A DNA stretch of 60,886 nt, counting the filler, from Sphacelaria rigidula (Eukaryota), in NCBI GenBank assembly GCA_964200075.2. It is 10 parts of 10 records of this genome, joined end to end, with 100 filler letters (N's around TTAATTAATTAA, not from the genome) between each part and the next. Parts side by side here need not be neighbours in the genome. Positions count along the whole stretch, not along the records: positions 48,791 to 54,788 come from CAXNAA020022916.1; positions 54,889 to 60,886 come from CAXNAA020022917.1; 8 more parts are not named here. One strand, 5' to 3'. Of the stretch, positions 49,417-60,886 are shown piece by piece. The translations under genes and the position numbers were made by a program. A model generated the notes under the pieces. The model had not been told where the DNA came from. It worked only from the letters and a program-made list of their open reading frames with translations, and ran no database searches. Every line of letters begins with the position of its first letter. Position 1 is the first letter of the stretch.

Positions 49417-52400
49417 TCAAAACGCAAAATCATCACCATGACCGTAACCCGCTTCCGATGCCGCGTCCTCCTTCTCCGACCCGCTACACTCTGAGTCTGA
49501 ATCTCCAATCCAGACCCGGGCGGAAAACTTTGACCCGCCCTCTGTGGGTCCGTCTGGCTCGCCATCGCAACAATTGCGACTGGCGGGATCTACTCCCGGA
49601 TCCGATCTCTCTCCCACCAACCTCCCACCGTCGCACCGACACGACTTCTCACCATGATTCCTATTAACCCTTTGGGAACTAGACCCCCAGGGAGTGCTGA
49701 TTTTTGTCTCGGGGAATCGGCATTATTTTCAGTCATTTTCAAGTCAAAACGATACCCATTCACAAAGATTCACAAAACAAGAATCAGCACTTTAGTTCTG
49801 AAAGGGTCAACAGCGGCCCCCGACGCCTTCGTTGCTTCATTCGCTTCGCCCCTTCCACGGCACGCAGTGGGTCGGTTCACCCTTTCGGTGGTTCGCCGTG
49901 GATCCGCCCTTCCCATGATGAAGTCGGCAGCGCGCACCGACTTTTCCTCTGGCAGCATCATCTGTGGGACGGTGGGGAAGGGATCGGAGGCAAGAAACAG
50001 CGGCCTTGGCAACCGCAGCTCGGGGTGCGCTTCCCCTAACACTTGCACATTATGCATCGGTGACGATGTTGCCCCGCCTTTTCCGGGTTTCGTTCATATC
50101 TGAGGGTTTTCACGTTCCCGGATGTGTTAACGTAAGTTGCTTGACAGGTATACATCTAGGTTCTCCCGTCCAAGCTTCACCTCCCCTCTGCACGCCGTCT
50201 TTACCCCACCCTTGTGGGGAGTCTTCCTTCACGGCTCGGCACCCCATCGACGCCCGTTAGAGTCCACTGCGGGCATCCTGTCCCCAAATCCCCCACCGCC
50301 TTTATTCGAATACTGCATCAGACTTCTGCACGTGCCTCCTACAGGCTTCCAAGTCTGAGCAGCAGCGGGATGGCATGTGCCCATGTACTGTGGTGATACA
50401 GAGGCGGATCTTGTTCACGAATGACTCCAAGTTCCGCCCACAGGTGGTGAGGAGAAGGCCCGGATCCGCGGCGACTTGCTCGAAGGCATTATCGCACTTG
50501 AAAACAAAATACCGTAGCGAGACGCTTCATGCCCTCGCCGACATTCAACTTCGGTGTTTTGCCGTTGATCTCCACGATCGGCTTTGTCAAGAGGTTTGGA
50601 GATCGCACGGCATTCAGAACGGACTCCCGTATCTTGAGGGAGAAAATTCCGGACGCGCGTGAAAGGAAGTCACAGCTAGCTAACAGGTGGGCCAAAACGA
50701 ACAAGGCCACCTTCGCAGGTGACGTCGGCCCAGTATTCTGTCCGTCGGGCGGCCAAGCATTTTCGTTGCCGTCCCTCAGATCCACGACCGCCCTGTATAC
50801 CCGGTTCACCAGTATATACCGGGGGCACCCTTCACGATGCGTTTAACAGTGACTTCGGCGCCCTGCGGCGTTATCCACCCGCAGGACATAGCCAGGAGTA
50901 CAACCATCACTGATCAGTCTCGATGGAGGTTACGAGCCACTTTGTCAATTGCTCCCCGAACAACCTCCCGGAGTAGACGATTAAGTGGACTGCGCAGTGC
51001 GGACATCCCTCCCTTACCTATGCTGGGTCCGGCTGCGCTGTGGATACTCCATTCAGGCCCACTGCCATGACGCCACCAAAGCAGATGGCGTTGCGAGTCA
51101 TGAGTAGAGCGGTGGGGGAGCGCCGCACCTGGCAGATGCGCTTCTGCCGCCGTTGTTCCCCGCCCCTCGCCACTTGATAATGCCGCATGATACGTTGATG
51201 GAGTTGCCCGAACCCTCGTACTGGCGCCAAACATCCATATGTGGCGCCCTCATCGCCGCAGCCGCCCCCTCGCGTCCTCCCCCACTTGTCACCGCCTCAA
51301 GATACTTCCGCGAGAGCGCTCCTGTCACAGCACTGCCGCCGATACCTCCGCCCGCCGCAATTTCGGCCGCAGCTCCCAACACCGGCGGCATCGCCGGTCC
51401 TCCCTCCCCCCGCCCGCCTGACGCCGCCGCGGAATTCGACCGGCAGACCGCCGCCGCCTGCCCGCGGCCGAAAGCACTGGCATCTGTCACCGCTACTTCC
51501 GTCGCCGTCGCCACCACCCCCCCCCGGTAGCTCGGCCATTATCCCTGCCGTATTCCATTGCCGGATCGCACGATCCCACCCGCAGTCGTCCACACCGTCA
51601 CATCCCGTCGCGCCTGCCATAGCCGCCGCCGCTGTGTCGCCCCCTCCTTCGCTTTCTTCCACCGCCGCCGCAGACTGCCTCACTACCCCTTGCGAGACCG
51701 CCACCGGCCGCCACTCCTTCTCCACCTTGCCCGCTACTACTCGCTGCGGCGCGGGGATTCTGGTCAGTCCCGTCTCGCCCCTTACTGGCGGCACCCGTGC
51801 AGAGTGCCGTCGCCGACACGGGCCCGCGTCCGGCGCCCACCGCGATCGTCGGTCGCCCCCTCCCTCCCCTCCAACGTGCTGTCCTTCTCCTGTCACAGGT
51901 ATTGGTGTGGAACTGCTTCGGGCAGGGAGTTTTTTGCTCCCGTATGTTACGATCAAGGGCCCCTTGTGCTTCTCGACTTCTATTCGCTCGAAGTACCGCT
52001 GGCAAGGTAGTCCCGCACATGTCCATGGTTTTTCCGAAGCAAGTTTTGAAAGCCTGCCCCCCTGGGAAGGGCCACGGTTGACGTGGGATGTACCTGAAAC
52101 CCTTTTGAACTTTATCCATTCGCCCTCGCTGCGCATGCAACTTGATTATTCCCACGGCGTCGGGGTCGTCGTATGCTAACACCAATATCTCGGTCCCGGT
52201 GTCGGTCCATTCAGTGTACACTCTGGCCGCGTGATGAGCTTCGACTCCGGGATACCCGCCCTTTGTCTCGGCGTGAAGAGGTTCCCGATGCGCCTCCAGG
52301 GCGTAGTCAACAGGAGGACCCTGTGCTAAGTAGTATGGATCTAGCTGTTTCGCATCGGAACAGACATATTTTTTTCACTGCGTCGCGAAACTTGAGTTGG

Positions 52401-53290
52401 AGTGTCCTAAACCTGAGCAGCCAGTACGGTAGTGAGGGATCGAAGGAGCGAGGGGGCGGCATGACGGAAAGATGAACGCGCGTGAAAAAAGTAATTTATC
52501 CATCAGTCTGCCCGCTCGGAATACTCACATAGATCTATAACAACAGGTCTGGCATGGGGGCACCAACATTTGAAACATTTCACTCAAGTTAGATATATTC
52601 GGGCTGTAATCTGCTAAAGGCTAAAGGGGCGCCAAGGGGGTGCTCGTATCCCTGCGGCATCGCCGCCAGCCACCGGTCGGTGATGGCGATCCTTCTCACC
52701 TCCGCTGGAATCAAGGATGCTGAACGGGATGGACGCTCCAAGCTTCAGAAGTACCCTCTCCTTTTCCTCCTCGATGATATCGGGCACCCCCAGAAATCCC
52801 CCCAAAGCGGTCAGCAGCACCTGCGTTGACACGGTACTGTTTTTCGTGTTGGATTTCAAGGCCGAGTCCCGGCCTTGACTGTTCGTCGGCGTGATCGTCA
52901 TGTTCTTCGGCGGGATCTTGTACACCTTTTGCTTCGTTGCCCCCTCCTTTGTCTGGTCACCTAAGACGTAACTCGCGATATTGTCATCCAGCTTCTTCCG
53001 TGGCACATCGGAGCACGAAAAAACGGTCACTGCCTGTGGACGAGGCACTGAACAATACAGTCGCCGGATCTTTTGCGTACGACAGAGGGCTTAACCCCTT
53101 TTGCGCTGCGCCCCCTTCGCCAATATGGCCGCCGGCGATATCTTTCAGATTTTCCACCGACACCGCACGTTCGGAGTGTGTCGGTCGACATCTGATCTCA
53201 ACAGCGGATGTGGCATGTGCCGGATGGGAAAGCGGCCGGAGTGGCGCAGGCACATCGCCACCTGTCTGGAGGGGAAGCACAAGGTTAATT
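49417..53290 (-). pseudogene. Long intronless decayed ORF of unknown identity, probably TE-derived (e.g. non-LTR ORF1-like)
   Basis: Chain of protein-like minus-strand segments (52984-53280, 52614-53048, 51598-52221, 50914-51234, 50489-50809, 49417-49620) linked by frameshifts and stops. No recognisable catalytic motif. Confidence 0.35.
49668..49806. mobile_element. piggyBac-type MITE related to 43040-43199
   Basis: TTAA|CCCTTTGGGAACTA...TAGTTCTGAAAGGG|TCAA. Shared core ttttcaagt.aaa..atacc.attcacaaa. Confidence 0.8.
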
Positions 53291-55459
53291 AGGCACGGAG
53301 TGTTAGCCTTCCGGTGTTACTGGTTTGTGAGAGTGGAAGCGGGAGATCCATGTCGGCGCATGATACGACCAGATGTAAGTGTAGTCGAGTTCGTTCGAAA
53401 ACATCATTCTTCACCGAAAACAAGAGGAAAATTGCCAGTAGCGTGCGATCTTCAGTAGTTCTACTTCGCACGGTTACCGCGACAAGAGTGTTGTGGCGTT
53501 TTCACCTCGGGATCGATTACGGTGCCGTATCTCGCGTTCGGACTGCCCCGGGCGGCGTCTCAGATGGACAGCAGACTTTGCATGCCCACTGCGAGCCTTG
53601 GGAATCTTCCATATCTACGGTTAGCGAATAAGCCGGGGTTGAAGCTGACTGGTTTTGACCCAAAATGTATTTCATTGTGCGGTGCTCATGCTTTACAGTC
53701 CAAGTATAACAGGCTTTTGCTTGCCGTGCGGTCATATCTGATGGCCCCGGATGCCACTGTGCTACTGTACGACCATCCAACTTCACAACTGGAAATTTAT
53801 GTCGGTGCCAACTCCATCGATCTCGCTACACGTAAAGGGCCGTTTGAACCCAGGATCAGATTCCCAACGATTGCTCGTTGCGAAAAAAAACGGCACGAGC
53901 CGCAATCTGTACCTTATTCAGTCGAGTACACCGTGTACAGAATAACACCCGCCCGGCGACCGCAGATAGCACGTGGTGGGTCCCGCAGGCTCAGGCATGA
54001 CCGTGGTATACGCACTACAGTAGCACTGTAAAATGCATGTGTTTTCATCTTACAGTCGAGACCCTACGATGCCATGCAGTACACTTTGAAGACTGTATAA
54101 TGCTCTGTAGTGGACTGTACTTGACTAAACCACTTGTGCTCCGTGCTGCACTGCGGTCGGCTGTACTGTTCTTACAACGGGGCTGTACTACACCACTGTG
54201 CACTGGTTGTATTACAGTAGTATACCAGGCACTCCGGAGCTCCCGCGTACTGGTATGCGGCAAAAGTCAAACATTTTTTAATCTTCAGCGAACTGGTTTA
54301 TTTATCGGCACGGACGGATTTCGGCGAACGCTTCCGTAATGAATCTTATTTTGGTGTAGGTGATACCCTACTCCGTGTCTCTGCCGGTGGCGTCACTCGA
54401 GCGCGGTGTTCTGCCGCAACACCGGAGGTCAGGTTTCGCAGGGGAGGTGGTGTGCACCCTACGCTGCACAGATTGTATATGGTCACGTACTTTGCCCGCG
54501 TTTGGGCGCATAGCGATGTTCATCCAACGTGTATCTCTACATGTCGCTATCGTAGTGCACTGCGACACAACATAGGGAGAGGTTGGTAAGGAAATGTTGT
54601 GGACGTGGTAGGGCTTGAAGCGGATGCTTTTCTTCACTGGCTTCGACGTACCCCTACCACCTACCGTTTCGGTATACCTTGCGGAGGCGCACGCTGCCGA
54701 CATGCACGTGCGGTGCGGTACAGCAAGTATTATCGCCATCATCCATTGAACAGGGGAGTACCCCCCCCCCCCCCCCCCACCACAAAAANNNNNNNNNNNN
54801 NNNNNNNNNNNNNNNNNNNNNNNNNNNNNNNNTTAATTAATTAANNNNNNNNNNNNNNNNNNNNNNNNNNNNNNNNNNNNNNNNNNNNCGGGCAGCGCCG
54901 CGCCCCAAAGGGAAAATTGCGCTACCCTTTTTTTCTCCAAAAGCATAAGGGTCTACCTTTTTTTGTATATTGCCCCAAAAAAAAGTGAAGTGAGAACGAG
55001 GGTGGGGAGGGAGGGCGTACTCATTTGTTGCTTGTCTCAGCTGTTTGGCCATTGACCACGCATTCCTTTCGAGACGGATCACCGTTAACGAGGGGGTGGC
55101 GCGCGCACGGGGGGGGGGCAAGCTTCTGCCGCGTGGCTCCCTGTAACGAGGCCGTAAAAAAACAAAAACCATGTAAGACAAATATGAGAAATTGATTATA
55201 TCGGGTGTGGATAGCACGGTTCGGGAAAAATGTTGCATCCGTGGAACCGTGTTCAGGGAGTGAACCGTCTGATGAAATCTGGAGAGAATAAAGTCCGGTG
55301 ATTTTATCATCAGAGATGGTGTCAAGGAATATAACGGCCGCCCACGTGAGCGCTTGTATCTTTGTACTCCAGTAACAAACACTACTATACAAATGCGTCG
55401 TGGAGATGTATGTCTTGACTGTTGGGGTACACGTATCCTTCCTGACACGCGCCCGGCAG

Positions 55460-55762
55460 GTGATGACAGCCCCGCGCCGTCCGGACCCTCCGGTCATCAT
55501 CCGTTGTAATCAAAGATCTATCGTCGTCAAGTGGTACCCAGGGGCTGGCGGGGCCTGCAAGTATCGCTTGCAAAGTCGGCTGGTGGAAGGCTTGGACGGA
55601 GTGGGCGCCTTAGCCGATGCTACCCGGCTTGTCGGCGGCAGTGGCGGCGGCTTGGCGGGGTTGGGGAATGGAAGGCGAAGAAAAGCGTGGGGGGAAGGTG
55701 GGGACGGGGATACTGCTACCGGATGGGTAACGGTGTACGAGGGGGTGGACAGCACGGCCAAG
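55460..55762 (+). CDS. FN3 + DUF7699-like protein, exon (N-terminal half of the FN3 domain; gene 5' end outside the contig)
   Basis: cggcag|VMTAPRRPDPPVIIRCNQRSIVVKWYPG...KYRLQ...WVTVYEGVDSTAK|gtgatg. Confidence 0.85.
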
Positions 55763-55910
55763 GTGATGAGAAATAACGACGGTCTCTGAACCGGACTCTT
55801 GCGACGGGCGAGATTAGTACTGTGTGTAGTACACGCCGGAGTAAACAAGAATCTTCGCAAAAACACGAAATCGTCAGAAACTGCCACCGTTTTTCCACCC
55901 CTTGGTCCAG

Positions 55911-56090
55911 GTAACGGGTCTGGCCGCCAACAGCGTGCGTCGCTTTCGGGTGTGCGCGCTTAATGCTCGAGGCGTGGCGAGCGAGTGGTCATTCCCGGCT
56001 CAGGCAGCCACTGCACGTCGACGAGGTTGCGGAACGGGCGATGACCGAACCACCAGCGCCTTGCTGGCCCGACCTCAGTGTGCGGCAGAG
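55911..56090 (+). CDS. FN3 + DUF7699-like protein, exon (C-terminal half of the FN3 domain)
   Basis: gtccag|VTGLAANSVRRFRVCALNARGVASEWS...CAAE|gtgcgt. Matches the classic FN3 pattern VTGL.P...Y.FRV.A.N..G.S.WS. Confidence 0.88.
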
Positions 56091-56774
56091 GTGCGTATAA
56101 TAGCGGGCGGTGATTTCGTGTTTCAATACCCGGATCAGGTGGTGTGTATGCTGCTCTCATCTTCTGTTGTTCATCAGCCCAGCTTGAGAAATTTCCGAGT
56201 CTACAGCGGGAGACGCTAGCATCCTAGAAGTAGACTGATCGTGGAGAGTCATTCCAATAGAGGCAGCAGAGAGCTGGGCGAAGCGCGGTCATCACTGCAC
56301 GGACGAGCTTGAGCATTCTTGCGCTTGCTTTCCCGTGGCTGTAGACCAAAATGTACGGCCGGCGCTATGTGACCGTCGTCCCGACGGGAACGACATGCTC
56401 CCGTCACTCACACAATGATCTTGCCGCCCTCGGGTTCGGATGACGCGGCGGCTGCTGGCTGGCAGCAGATCCTACTTTCCACCCAGGACTCACCTCGACC
56501 TTATGCAGAGCGATCCTGTGAATGTAGCGCGCCATTCGAGTGCAACATGCAAAAGCGTGACCATGCCTCGAAAACTATTCGACGCCCAGTATGCGGAGCT
56601 CGAACTTGATTTTTTTATAATAGTATATCAACAACCATTCGGAGGTGGGATACGAGTAGTACGGCAGAGGTCGCGTAAACAGTCGCGGAAGGTTCAGAAA
56701 GAAACTGCATCCCCCGTAAACCTCTCCTCGAACACCCCGACAAAACATATGACAAAACTTCATCCGTACATCAG

Positions 56775-57238
56775 GTTTTCCGCGTGGATGCAGACAACGA
56801 CATCGTGGTGGGCGACACCATCATCTTCACGGAACGACTATACATGAACAGAGATGGCGATCTCCTGCAGCAGGGTCATGGGCCGGCCAGCACCCCCGTA
56901 GCCCTGCCTCCATCTATCGCCACCTGCCACCATCACGGAAACCCGTCCCCCGGTGGTGGCAGCGGGCCTCAGATAAGCCTGAGCGTAGCGAGTCTAGGGT
57001 CGGGCGGGGCGGCAGGGGAAGGGAGGTGGGCTTCCTCCGTCGGTGCTCCGTTTCGAGATGGCAACAGTAACGGGAACGAGCTTTGCGGCGGAATAGGGAT
57101 TCGTAGGGGGACACCGGGTTCGTCGGTGGTTACCGCTGGTGGGGACTTCGTCGGAGAGAGGACAGTGGCGGCGCATGTCCTGCAAGACTCGTTCCGATTG
57201 ATGAGGAGGCGTGAAGGAGCGGTGCTGGAGTATAACAG
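56775..57238 (+). CDS. FN3 + DUF7699-like protein, exon
   Basis: catcag|VFRVDADNDIVVGDTIIFTERLY...GERTVAAHVLQDSF...EYN(R)|gtgaaa, phase 2. Confidence 0.82.
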
Positions 57239-57633
57239 GTGAAATCCTGGTGGCGGTGCTTGCAGTGGTGTGTGTTGGGACACACTGTTGTGCATTTTAG
57301 CTGGCACGCCAACGGAACGCCTCGATCGTCAATGAAATTTGAGTGAAATTTGAAGACGGGTTGAGCGTTGCTTGAGTAGAGGTCTGGTCAGGTAACTTGG
57401 CTTAGAAAAGTCGTCGGCAATATGGCTCCGGAACAACGATGAGGACACGGTAAACATGGAGGTTGTTCGTAAAACATGGGAACTGATTTGTGCATCTGCA
57501 CGTACACCGGGTGTCTTGACCGTTCGTTTTACCCCCGCAAGAAACGCCGACAATACGACCGTTCGTCAAACCCTACCGTTACCTACAAAAATCTTCTTTG
57601 GTCGGGCTATTCAAATGTTTTGCTTGCACGCAG

Positions 57634-57856
57634 AGCGACAAGCCGGCATCGCATGCTGAGATTAGAGGTCGTATGGTCCACCGTTTCTCGACGAGAAGCG
57701 GAACGATTCATGTTGCCGCCGGGGACGGTGGCGGAGCGCAGCCAGGGCCGACTTTCTCAATTCGAGACATTCAGAGCGTGCTGGGAGCAGGAAGACCGGC
57801 GCAAGAGTGTCCGAGAGGAGTGGGCACTGCTTTGTGGAGGTGGAGGGCGCGGATGA
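57634..57856 (+). CDS. FN3 + DUF7699-like protein, last exon
   Basis: acgcag|a ATSRHRMLRLEVVWSTV...LPPG...LSQFETFRACWEQEDRRKSVREEW...*. Phase-compatible with the previous exon. Confidence 0.82.
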
Positions 57857-58686
57857 CAGAAGTGCGACGGAGTATTCCAGAGGCTGTCGTTGTCGATGCC
57901 CGGCGACTTTTTGGAAGAGGGGATGGTGTAAACCGTGAGAAATTGATGTTGGTTACCTGGGTGCTCGTGTAAAATTCGGATGGTCCTCCAAGTTAGGCGA
58001 AGCAGCCGCGCAAGCAATGGGTTCGTTTCGTCGCAGTACGACTGCAGCCTTGTCGGGAAGGAATCAAAGATGGAATGCGACGAACGCTGCCGTGTAGACC
58101 ACGTGGTTATGTCTTGAGGATATCCGGGCGTGAATGAAAATTACGCACGTCAATATCGCAGCTCCATCAAATTATTCGCTAAGGCTGAGGCACAAGGTTG
58201 TGACTAGCTTTGGCGATGGATGAGAGTTCTGACTATGGTTGGTTTCTCGCGTTCAGTAGGGGAGGAGACACACAGGAGGTGAGAAACATGATGCGTTTCC
58301 CCCTTGAAGGGCTGTGTATCATGTGCATGTGCGAAATAAATCGGCCTACCGATCACCTGCTTCATCTGTCCGATCTCGTTGCAACTCGTCAACAACATAG
58401 AGGGACCCGACGAGGCAAGCGCACGGGTTCTTTCAGGATTGGGCACCAATCGATCGGAAGCTCGTACCTCAAGGCTACCGAAAGAACCCGTGATACAGTC
58501 ACACCATTGCCGACAAGAAACAGGTAATGGCCACTCCTTGCGCAACCAACCGCTTCCACCATAGGATAGTTTCGTTCTGTAAGGAGAACCACAGTCAAAT
58601 TGAGGTGGGGGGGAGGGCATACATATCGCACTTGTGTTGCAACCCGAAAAATAGAAGAAAAATGATGTCGTCTGCAGACTCTAGAA

Positions 58687-59964
58687 TAGAGGTGGGCACC
58701 TGGAAACAAAAGAACGATTATAACCGGTTTTTGGAAACCCCAAAAGGCGTTAACCGGTTACGGTTATGAAAAAAACGGAGGAGTTTTGTGCCGGTTAAAC
58801 CGGTTCACGGGAAAACCGGTTTAACCGGGAAAAGGAGGCGTTATTTTGGCGGTTAAACCGGTTTTTCCGGTGAATCGATTTAACCGGTTTAATCGTGAAG
58901 TTTGAAATTGGTGCTCGTAGCTCGTAGCGAAAGCGTGACATACGACACGTCACCCTACACGTCACCCTTATATCTTACAAATAGAGTCAGCTCACAGAGA
59001 CCACAATCCTGCGGAGGTGACAAACACACTCGCATACTCGAAATTTTGATAAAATGGGCAGATAATCCTATAAAAAACAGTGCCCAAGTAGTGGTACGTA
59101 GTGTTTTCGGGCGACAGGAACAGATACCCCGTTAATAAGGAGGGTATTATTGACCGTGAAACACAGTTATTCGGCTCTGATGCAGTGAGTAGGTAGAATT
59201 AAAAAAAAAAAAACTCTGCGAGTACATTTCTTTACAACAACGATCGAAACAGGGTCGATCGACCTAAAATTCCAAAGAGTCAGAATCTGTGCTGAACAAT
59301 TACAGGACCCCCGATGACCGGTCAGCCCGCAAGTCACCCAATGTTGAGTACAGATGATTTTTGTTTTCATTGAATGTGGAGCGGACACAAGTATCTTCAA
59401 ATCCCCAATGTGATGGGCGGTGACAAGCGGAAGAGCCTGAGAAAATCGCCGATGACGAAGAAATTAGAAAAATAACGGTTCAGGTTCCCACTACTATCTA
59501 CTACTCCGGAGTATAGTTTTTATTTTCTACTTTTGACACCCTGTGTTTGCAAGGGATAGGTGCAAGATTTTGAACAGTAGCTGTTCAGGTAATCACGAAC
59601 ACCATTTCCTATCACGCATGAAACTCTTTGTCACCAGTCGTCAGCCACTGTGCTGTAAAGTTCGACAGGTGTTGCACGGGTGCGGAGTGCGGAGGTGTGA
59701 GATTGAACCTTGCCGTTACCGGCAATGGGTGTGTTTAAGAGTATCCATCACCCACCACACACGGAACATACGACAACAACGACGAATTCACCTGCGTCTC
59801 AATGATTTGAAGGCGCTTTCCCTTGCTCATCAGGTTAAACCGGTTTTCCGGTGAACCGCTTAAACCGGCTGAAAAAACGGTTTAACCGTTTTTTTGTTTT
59901 TCAAAACCACGCCTCTTCATCCAGTAACCGGTTTTTCGATTTTGTCATCCGGTGCCCACCTCTA
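58687..59964. mobile_element. Non-autonomous hAT element, 1278 bp
   Basis: Perfect 8-bp TSD CTCTAGAA. TIR TAGAGGTGGGCACC / GGTGCCCACCTCTA. Clusters of subterminal AACCGGTT motifs at both ends. Confidence 0.95.
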
Positions 59965-60886
59965 CTCTAGAAACACGTCCAGATACCCCGACTTCATCGA
60001 GTGAGGTATACTGTTCACTTCGTATCACGCGTTGTAGTCATGGCGAAAAAAAACCGTCCCTGATGGGGCACTGCGGTCCAACCCGCTCGAAATTGGGCGG
60101 GATTGGTCATGGTTTTGCCATTGGGCATGAGTGTTCGATGCTCACTCGATAGTGGAAGAGCTTACACCTGCACACTAGTTGGCCAATTTTGCTACCCATG
60201 TTTGTGTGTGAGTGTGGCCCATGCCATGAATTCACGTCATTCCGGCAGCGTGCGATAATTGCTACATTTACACGGACAATCATACACTTGGTGTAGCTGA
60301 GGCGGGGTTCTAGTAGAAGTATCACCCTCGACAGGAGACATCGAGCACCATATATACTTGTTGTACACCCTGTGATGTCGCGTGATTTCTACGCGACCTA
60401 TAGTCAGCAGTGGGGCACAGCGTATCCCAACTGCTGTTCGCTCACCCGTTGTGCGACTTAATGCTTGCCTTTGGCTTGCTGGGTCCACGCACATCCTGTT
60501 CGGCGCGCGGCCGTCTGGGATTTGAAACCCCGTAGAGGCCTCGACCGCGGCAAATAATCCATCAAGAGCAAAATAACATGAGCTAGTTGTTGGCCTGCTG
60601 TGCTGTATTGGGTTGGCAGCTCCAATTTGTTTTGTGCTGGGTGCATATCTACGGAGCCCACAATCTGCACGAGCAGTGTCATTATACTTCTTCTGTCTCA
60701 TCAGCAAAGTCGGTTATGGGGTGTAGATCACATCTCCCTAAAGGAGGTGCCTACGATGCTATAGTTAGGTGTCACTGAAAAATACCAAGTTTAGGAGATA
60801 CTCAAGGTGGAAACAAACCGTAGTCATACGAGCTGGGCCAGCCTAAAAACGGATTTAAGCTCTAAAGGCAATATCTCATCGACACA

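Overview
Eukaryotic, repeat-rich DNA, most likely from a brown alga (Phaeophyceae). This is inferred from intron style, the tRNA-derived SINE and the copia gag motifs. The window is not one locus. It holds ten unrelated contigs of 5999 or 5998 bp, joined by 100-bp N44-TTAATTAATTAA-N44 linkers. Three partial intron-containing genes can be spliced by hand: eIF3k (minus strand, 5 exons, 32014-36319), a USP9X/USP24/USP34-family deubiquitinase (minus strand, 4 exons, 36679-42501, one GC-AG intron), and an FN3 + DUF7699-like protein (plus strand, 4 exons, 55460-57856). The rest is mostly transposon material: a decayed near-full-length Ty1/copia element with a half-tRNA-Met type PBS, a decayed LINE, tRNA-derived SINEs, and many non-autonomous TIR elements (TA-TSD, piggyBac-, hAT-, Harbinger- and Ginger/TRIM-like), often nested. 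The most unusual structure is a 1.65-kb element with an 8-bp TSD (18928-20580). It carries about 27 phased 42-43-bp units, each with a conserved CAATATATATTG palindrome and a variable spacer, and it is the innermost layer of a triple-nested insertion.
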